DNA of 63,467 bases, the filler included. It is 6 parts of 6 records of this genome, joined end to end, with 100 filler letters (N's around TTAATTAATTAA, not from the genome) between each part and the next. Parts side by side here need not be neighbours in the genome. Positions count along the whole stretch, not along the records: positions 51,136 to 58,326 come from SRR31156797_8811; positions 58,427 to 63,467 come from SRR31156797_8893; 4 more parts are not named here. One strand, 5' to 3'. The notes beneath the pieces are model-generated. The model searched no databases. It saw only the letters and a program-made list of their open reading frames with translations, and was not told the origin of the DNA. The translations under genes and the position numbers were made by a program. Numbering within the stretch: position 1 is the first letter of the stretch; each line of letters opens with the position of its first letter. Of the stretch, positions 57,757-63,467 are shown in pieces.

Positions 57757-58194
57757 ATGGATATTGATAAAAAAAACGAATCGGAGATGGAAATCACTGA
57801 AGAATTAATCCGACAAATTGTGGAGTCGTCGCCTTATGCCGAATTCATGGGCATGAAACTCATTAAAGCGAAAGACGGGGGCGCGGCCATTGAAATGATG
57901 GTTAAAAAGCATCACGAAAATACACAGGGCATCATTCACGGAGGAGCAATCTGTTCCCTGGTCGACCAGGTCGGTCCAGTGGCCCTGGCTACGAAGCTGG
58001 GTCCGAATCAACGGCCTCGAACAGTCCAGATAGATATCCACTACCTGGCGCCGGGCCGGGGAAACCGGTTGATCGCGGAAGGTGCGGTTTCCAAGACAGG
58101 CCGGCGGATATCGGTAATAGACTGTGAAGTATTTGACGAAGAGGGCGCAACCGTGGCCCTGGCCAGATGCACTTGTACGGTTGTAAATATTTAA
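57757..58194 (+). CDS. PaaI-family hotdog thioesterase
   Basis: N-x-x-GIIHGGAICSLVD, IHYLAP. Confidence 0.92.
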   Translation: MDIDKKNESEMEITEELIRQIVESSPYAEFMGMKLIKAKDGGAAIEMMVKKHHENTQGIIHGGAICSLVDQVGPVALATKLGPNQRPRTVQIDIHYLAPGRGNRLIAEGAVSKTGRRISVIDCEVFDEEGATVALARCTCTVVNI

Positions 58195-58326
58195 AGAAAA
58201 TGAAAAATTCATTCAAAGCAATGCAGGCGCTCATGGAAAAATCAGAATAAAGGATTTATACTGAAGTTTGAATATTATTATTGTAATCTATTGATTAAGG
58301 TCATTTTCGGCGTAGCCGAATATGAC

Positions 58327-58426
58327 NNNNNNNNNNNNNNNNNNNNNNNNNNNNNNNNNNNNNNNNNNNNTTAATTAATTAANNNNNNNNNNNNNNNNNN
58401 NNNNNNNNNNNNNNNNNNNNNNNNNN
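58327..58426. other. Artificial contig spacer
   Basis: 100-nt N run with TTAATTAATTAA. Confidence 0.98.
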
Positions 58427-58427
58427 C

Positions 58428-60254
58428 AACTTTCTGTTTACGGGTTTTGCCGATAAAGAACCATATTTCAACAGGTTGTCGAGCATTTATAAATCGTTCA
58501 AACAAAAAACCGGCAAAGCAGATGCTCAGGAAACCGGTTTAGTACAAACGAACTTTCTACCGGTTGATGATTTTTATGAAACATCAACCTTAATGCTGGT
58601 TGAGCAGGTAAAACAGTTACAAGACAAGGGGATAAAGGCCAATGAAATAGCGATATTAATCCGTAGAAATAAAGAAGGGACTTCAATTATTGAAGCATTT
58701 CTTTCTGCTGCAAAACAAGAAGAAAACAAAAACTATAATCTTTCGGTATTGTCAAACGAGTCCTTGTTTTTGCATGCTTCTAAAGCTGTAATTTTTACAA
58801 TGGGTGTTACCGGGTTATTGGTTGATCCGGAGAACAAAATTGCACGGGCAGCACTAACTCAGCTATGGCAAAGCTGGCTAAAGCCAGAGCTCAAGAAAAG
58901 AGGAATTTCAACTCAGTCTAAAGGTATTCAAAGCCTATTGGATTTTAACGATACCAGTGACTGGCAACTGGAACAGAATTTCGAGCAGGTTTTTGAACAG
59001 GAATTGGAAGCTAAGATTGCGATAGCAAAAGAAAAGGTTTTATTATCGTCGCTCGACGAAACGATAACACATGTTGCTTCGTTGTTTCATTTGTTTGAAC
59101 TGGAAACAGAGTTGCCCTTCCTTCAAACCCTTATTGATAAAGCCGGAGAATTAAAAAGTTCCTTATCAAACGATTTGTCTAACTTCCTTTTTTGGTGGAA
59201 CGAAAAAGGGGCTTCAACATCAGTAAATGTTAACGAAGAGGTGGACTCCATTCGCTTGATTACAATTCATAAATCGAAAGGGCTGGAATACAAAGCAGTA
59301 CTTCTTCCCTACCTCGATTGGAAAACCTCAACTGGAGGAAATAAAAATGACATTTTATGGTGTCGCTCTGCGAATTCTCCTTTTAACCGGTTTCCGCTAT
59401 TGCCGGTAAGAATGGGAAGCCAAATGGCAGAAACAGAATTTAAAGAACGCTATTTTGAAGAAAAAACCAATAGCTATATCGATTTAATGAACCTGGTTTA
59501 TGTAGCTTTCACAAGGGCCAAATCGATTCTGATGCTCAATTGTCCGGAAGTTATCGAACCTAAAAAAGGTGCAAAACCAGCTGATAAACCTTTCAATAAT
59601 ATTTTATATAAAGCTTTGTGTGCGCTAGCAGAAGACAAACTATTTGAAGGGTGTTGGAACGATGAAAAGAACAGGTTTGAATTCGGAAATATTCAACAGT
59701 ACGAGCAGGAAAAAATACAGCCTAACTCCGAAATAATAAACAAATACCATTTTAACGATTTTAGTCAGAAGATTAACCTTCGTTTAACCGGTGAAAACTT
59801 TCTGATAAAGGATGAGCAACACCATTCGGTAAAAAATACAGGGAAAGTTATTCACGACATATTATCCCGTATTGAAACATTGGAGGATGTAGAGAAAGCT
59901 TGTGATCAGGCATTCCGGGATGGAACAATTACTAAGACCGAATTAGATGAAATTACACAAACCATACAACAAAACCTTAAGATCGACACGGTAAAATCGT
60001 GGTTTGATGGAAGCTACCAGGTTTTAAATGAAAGAAATCTGCTTACGTCGAAAAAGTTACTTCGTCCTGACCGGATCATGCATTCCGAAAATGAAATAGT
60101 TGTGGTGGATTACAAAACAGGAGAAAAAAATAATAAATACAATTATCAGGTTAAGGAATACGCCGAAGTTTTAAAACAAGCAGGATTTGAAAATGTAAGA
60201 GCATATTTGTGGTACCTGCAGTCTTATGAAATAGAAGAAGTTTGCCAAATTTAA
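58428..60254 (+). CDS. addA: UvrD/AddA helicase-nuclease, C-terminal part (5' truncated)
   Basis: IAILIR, TIHKSKGLEY, YVAFTRA and PD-(D/E)xK RPDRI...DYKTG; frame open to the contig edge. Confidence 0.88.
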   Translation, partial: NFLFTGFADKEPYFNRLSSIYKSFKQKTGKADAQETGLVQTNFLPVDDFYETSTLMLVEQVKQLQDKGIKANEIAILIRRNKEGTSIIEAFLSAAKQEENKNYNLSVLSNESLFLHASKAVIFTMGVTGLLVDPENKIARAALTQLWQSWLKPELKKRGISTQSKGIQSLLDFNDTSDWQLEQNFEQVFEQELEAKIAIAKEKVLLSSLDETITHVASLFHLFELETELPFLQTLIDKAGELKSSLSNDLSNFLFWWNEKGASTSVNVNEEVDSIRLITIHKSKGLEYKAVLLPYLDWKTSTGGNKNDILWCRSANSPFNRFPLLPVRMGSQMAETEFKERYFEEKTNSYIDLMNLVYVAFTRAKSILMLNCPEVIEPKKGAKPADKPFNNILYKALCALAEDKLFEGCWNDEKNRFEFGNIQQYEQEKIQPNSEIINKYHFNDFSQKINLRLTGENFLIKDEQHHSVKNTGKVIHDILSRIETLEDVEKACDQAFRDGTITKTELDEITQTIQQNLKIDTVKSWFDGSYQVLNERNLLTSKKLLRPDRIMHSENEIVVVDYKTGEKNNKYNYQVKEYAEVLKQAGFENVRAYLWYLQSYEIEEVCQI

Positions 60255-60317
60255 GTTTCACCATGAACATAAAAAGACCTAAAGGTGTTTATTCAGGAAA
60301 CAATCAGAATAAGCATT

Positions 60318-60743
60318 ATGGAAAGAAAAGATTTTATAAAAAAATTTGCTTTGGGTGGTAGTATTTTATTAACCGCACCCGTTCTTTTTAATTCATGTTC
60401 GGATGATGGAGACGATAGTCAGGAGACTAATCCGGGAACCGGATCTGGTATTACAGTCGACCTTACCAGTAGTGATTTTACATCTCTTGGATCGGTTGGA
60501 GGTTATGCCTATAAGGGAGATATTCTTATATTCAGATCAGGTGAGAACACCTACAAAGCATTATCAAAAACCTGTACTCACCAGGGGTGTGAAGTAAGTT
60601 ATAACCACACCGACGATAATGTCCCGTGTCCTTGTCACGGATCTAAGTTTACAACAGCAGGAGTTGTACTGAACGGACCAGCCACAACCAATCTAAAGAA
60701 ATACAGTGTTTCAAAAAACGGAGACATTTTAACCATCAGCTAG
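60318..60743 (+). CDS. Rieske 2Fe-2S protein with Tat-like lipoprotein signal
   Basis: CTHQGC and CPCHGS; N-terminus RKDFIK...FNSC. Confidence 0.92.
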   Translation: MERKDFIKKFALGGSILLTAPVLFNSCSDDGDDSQETNPGTGSGITVDLTSSDFTSLGSVGGYAYKGDILIFRSGENTYKALSKTCTHQGCEVSYNHTDDNVPCPCHGSKFTTAGVVLNGPATTNLKKYSVSKNGDILTIS

Positions 60744-60748
60744 TCTGG

Positions 60749-62074
60749 TTAATTACTTTCAATAACCTGCCCTTTCTCCCGGTACAAATCAACCTTTCCG
60801 TCAAGCAGAACGGCAATTACCGTTACCTGACTGTCAAGCACTTTCTCTGGAACATCGATGTAAATAATTCCGGGGACAGCACTCCAGTATTGTTTCATTT
60901 TAACATCCCAGCTCAACTTAGTTCCGTTACCTACTACCCAAATTCGGTTCACTTTATTTTTTATACCTTTTAAAACCAACGAACCGTTTGGCTTATGCGG
61001 AACATATAAATATAATATGTTTCCTTGCTTGTTCAATGCGGTAGGTCCATAGTAGTGTTCGCATGGTATACCTGCCCGGGTGCCGTATATGGCTTCCGAA
61101 TGTTTCAATGTCCAGCGCCCCAATTCTTTTAATATTTCTACTTGTTCTTCAGGAATTGTCCCATCGGCTTTCGGGCCTATATCGAGCAACAAATTTCCTC
61201 CTTTGTTAATACAATCAACCAATATCCGAATAACCTGATTTGATGTTTTATAATTGTGGTCGTTGTGTTGAAATCCCCAACTATCATTCATTGTCATACA
61301 AAGTTCCCAATATTTTTCATCGGGTCGGGTAATCGGCAGGCCTTGTTCTGGTGTCGCATAATCGCCATACCCCTGGATTCGACTGTTAAGAATTACATTC
61401 GGATTCCAACTCCTTAATGATTTTGCCAGTGTTTTAGCTCTCCATCTTTCAGCCGATTGTTCCCAGTCTCCATCAAACCAAAACAAATCAGGTTTAAATC
61501 GAGTTGACAATTCTTTTAATTGACAGAAATTAAAGTCGACAAAACGATCCCACCTTATTGAATCATTCTCGTAGCGTTTAATTTTTCGTGTTTTATTAGG
61601 GTAATCAGGATGCGACCAATCAAGCAACGAATAATATAATCCAACTTTGAGGTTGTTTTTACGCAGTTTTTTTACAAATGGAGCTACCAGATCTTTGTTT
61701 GCCGGTGTTTTAGCCACAACATTTAAATTACTGCATTGGGTATCCCAAAGTGCAACTCCATCATGATGTTTTGTTGTTAGTACCGCGTACCTGGCACCGC
61801 TTTCCGCAATAAGTCTGGCCCATAATGCAGCATCGTAACTATCAGCTGTAAAACCATCCAGTTGTTTCATGTAATCGTCATACGAAATGTAATCATTAAA
61901 AAACGACCAACTCTCATCAATTCCATTTACAGCGTATATTCCCCAATGGATAAAGATTCCAAGCTTGGCCTCCTCAAACCACTGCATTCGCTCACTATGC
62001 TTTCTATCTGTTTCTTGTGCACAAACAGAAGTAATTACTATAAAGCTGACAAAAAAGGTAAATAGTTGTTTCAT
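60749..62074 (-). CDS. Alpha-L-fucosidase (GH29)
   Basis: KLGIFIHWGIY, TKHHDG, WFDG, GGNLLLDIGP. Confidence 0.95.
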   Translation of the reverse strand: MKQLFTFFVSFIVITSVCAQETDRKHSERMQWFEEAKLGIFIHWGIYAVNGIDESWSFFNDYISYDDYMKQLDGFTADSYDAALWARLIAESGARYAVLTTKHHDGVALWDTQCSNLNVVAKTPANKDLVAPFVKKLRKNNLKVGLYYSLLDWSHPDYPNKTRKIKRYENDSIRWDRFVDFNFCQLKELSTRFKPDLFWFDGDWEQSAERWRAKTLAKSLRSWNPNVILNSRIQGYGDYATPEQGLPITRPDEKYWELCMTMNDSWGFQHNDHNYKTSNQVIRILVDCINKGGNLLLDIGPKADGTIPEEQVEILKELGRWTLKHSEAIYGTRAGIPCEHYYGPTALNKQGNILYLYVPHKPNGSLVLKGIKNKVNRIWVVGNGTKLSWDVKMKQYWSAVPGIIYIDVPEKVLDSQVTVIAVLLDGKVDLYREKGQVIESN

Positions 62075-62316
62075 TATAAGATATAATTTAGGTTTAGGTC
62101 AATTTTCCTATTGTCCAAAGTTATAATATTTCAGAACAGGTTTATAAATCTCAATGTTTTCGTGTACCAGAATACAAACCAGTAGCAGGCTGCTCTGAAT
62201 GCGAAAAGCATTACTTTCAAAATTAGCAATAAGAATTGATGTTTTTTTCACATAAATCAAACCCAACGTTTCAAGTTATTCGTTTACTTTCACTGCAAAA
62301 CCAATTTTAGTTAATT

Positions 62317-63225
62317 ATGAAAAAACTATTTTTTCTACTGTTTGTTGGCATTGCCTTATGCAGTTGCACTAACAATCCGGAATTGAATCAAATTCAAAAT
62401 AAAAATGAAAAATTCTCTTTTGTTTTTATGACCGACATTCATTTAACCACCGAAAGAAATGCGGAACAAGGTTTTATGCAATCGATAGACTCGATAAATG
62501 CCCTGGCTCCCGATTTTGTTTTAACCGGTGGCGATAACATTATGGATGCCTTAGGGCAAACTTATGCTGCAAGCGACAGTGCATATAACCTTTATACCAG
62601 CGCGATTAAGAATTTAGAGATGCCGATTTACAATACAATGGGTAACCACGAAGTTTTTGGTTTGTATAAAAAAAGTGGAGTTGATCCATCGCATGAAGAA
62701 TATGGGAAGAAACTATACGAAAACAGACTGGCCAAACGCTACTATTCATTTGATCATAAAAACTGGCACTTTGTAGTGCTTGATGGGATAGGTTTTACGG
62801 AAGACAGACATTATTACGGCCATGTTGACGAGGAACAGCTGGAATGGTTAAAAAACGATTTAAAACAAGCCGGAGATAAACCCGTAGCTGTTAGCATTCA
62901 CATTCCATTGTTTAGCGTTGGTGCCCAAATTATGAAAGGCCCAAATGAAGCCATGCGAAAAGCAGAAATTGTTACCAATGCCAACGAAGTACGCGAAATT
63001 CTGGAACAGTACAATACCAAATTAGTACTACAAGGACATTTACATTTTCTGGAAGATATAGAATACAACGGTATTCACTATATAACCGGAGGTGCGGTAT
63101 CTTCGCAATGGTGGAAAGGCCAACGGTTTGGCATGGAAGAGGGATTCTTAAAAATTGATATAGACGGAGAAGATTTTACCTGTGAATACGTTGATTTTGG
63201 TTGGGAAGTAAAAAAAGCAAGTTAA
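62317..63225 (+). CDS. Calcineurin-like metallophosphoesterase lipoprotein
   Basis: TDIH, GGD, GNHE, HIP, GHLH; lipobox-like CSC. Confidence 0.92.
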   Translation: MKKLFFLLFVGIALCSCTNNPELNQIQNKNEKFSFVFMTDIHLTTERNAEQGFMQSIDSINALAPDFVLTGGDNIMDALGQTYAASDSAYNLYTSAIKNLEMPIYNTMGNHEVFGLYKKSGVDPSHEEYGKKLYENRLAKRYYSFDHKNWHFVVLDGIGFTEDRHYYGHVDEEQLEWLKNDLKQAGDKPVAVSIHIPLFSVGAQIMKGPNEAMRKAEIVTNANEVREILEQYNTKLVLQGHLHFLEDIEYNGIHYITGGAVSSQWWKGQRFGMEEGFLKIDIDGEDFTCEYVDFGWEVKKAS

Positions 63226-63250
63226 AACGATTTGAATCCATACAAAATAG

Positions 63251-63275
63251 AACCGGGTAGTACCCCGGTTTTTTT
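63251..63275 (+). terminator. Intrinsic terminator between convergent genes
   Basis: AACCGGG/CCCGGTT stem plus a T-tract. Confidence 0.75.
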
Positions 63276-63279
63276 ATGT

Positions 63280-63467
63280 TTAACTGTAAACTGTAAGAAC
63301 AACACGACGCGAGCCTCCGTAATCGCGAAATTCACAAAAATAAATCCCCTGCCAGGTTCCCAAATTTAAACGATGGTGGGTAATCGGAATCGTAATTTCT
63401 GCTCCAATTACCGATGACTTAAGATGTGCAGGCATATCATCAGCTCCTTCGTAGGTATGAATGTATA
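63280..63467 (-). CDS. yjbQ: YjbQ/UPF0047-family protein, C-terminal part (not in ORF track)
   Basis: Manual translation YIHTYEGADDMPAHLKSSVIG...LGTWQGIYFCEFRDYGGSRRVVLTVYS*. Confidence 0.92.
   Translation of the reverse strand, partial: YIHTYEGADDMPAHLKSSVIGAEITIPITHHRLNLGTWQGIYFCEFRDYGGSRRVVLTVYS

Noticed and set aside
58300-58326. GTCAT-TTTCGGC-GTA-GCCGAA-TATGAC hairpin at a contig end
   Set aside because: Probably a REP-like repeat causing the assembly break; single truncated copy, cannot be classified.
34128-62074. GDP-fucose synthase and alpha-fucosidase as one fucose pathway
   Set aside because: Different contigs and organisms.

Overview
The window is not one chromosome segment. It is six contigs joined by five artificial 100-nt N-spacers carrying TTAATTAATTAA, as in a concatenated metagenome; gene content suggests an anoxic marine or sediment community. 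(1) 1-9278, AT-rich anaerobe (Fusobacteriaceae- or Clostridia-like, inferred): a repressor-controlled MATE / reductive-dehalogenase-like Fe-S protein / NuoF-GltD-type oxidoreductase / MarR / TetR cluster, plus a guanine riboswitch controlling an NCS2 permease. (2) 9379-16544, Desulfovibrionaceae-like: rbsDAC with a tandem LacI-type operator, divergent from fdhD-fdhE-[IS1595-derived gene]-small ORF-selenocysteine fdhA. (3) 16645-34655, Desulfobacteraceae-like: a Wzx/Wzy polysaccharide locus ending in an exosortase. (4) 34756-51035, Bacteroidetes (Marinifilaceae-like): a tRNA-targeting integrated element with tyrosine integrase, CI/Cro switch, rolling-circle-type Rep, serine recombinase and several DNA repeat sets; then an OprC-like receptor with a Cys/HPP upstream ORF, selD plus a DsrE/YedF-like gene, housekeeping genes and a truncated tRNA-Phe. 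(5) 51136-58326, Desulfobacterota-like housekeeping genes. (6) 58427-63467, Bacteroidetes: addA, Rieske protein, GH29 fucosidase, phosphoesterase, yjbQ. The strongest candidates for undescribed systems are the apparently domesticated IS1595 transposase inside the formate dehydrogenase cluster, the non-respiratory RdhA-like efflux-coupled operon, the capsid-less (as far as visible) rolling-circle integrated element with 28-bp repeats, and a CruR/CutF-like copper-sensing leader ORF. All family calls come from motif recognition by eye; no searches were run.
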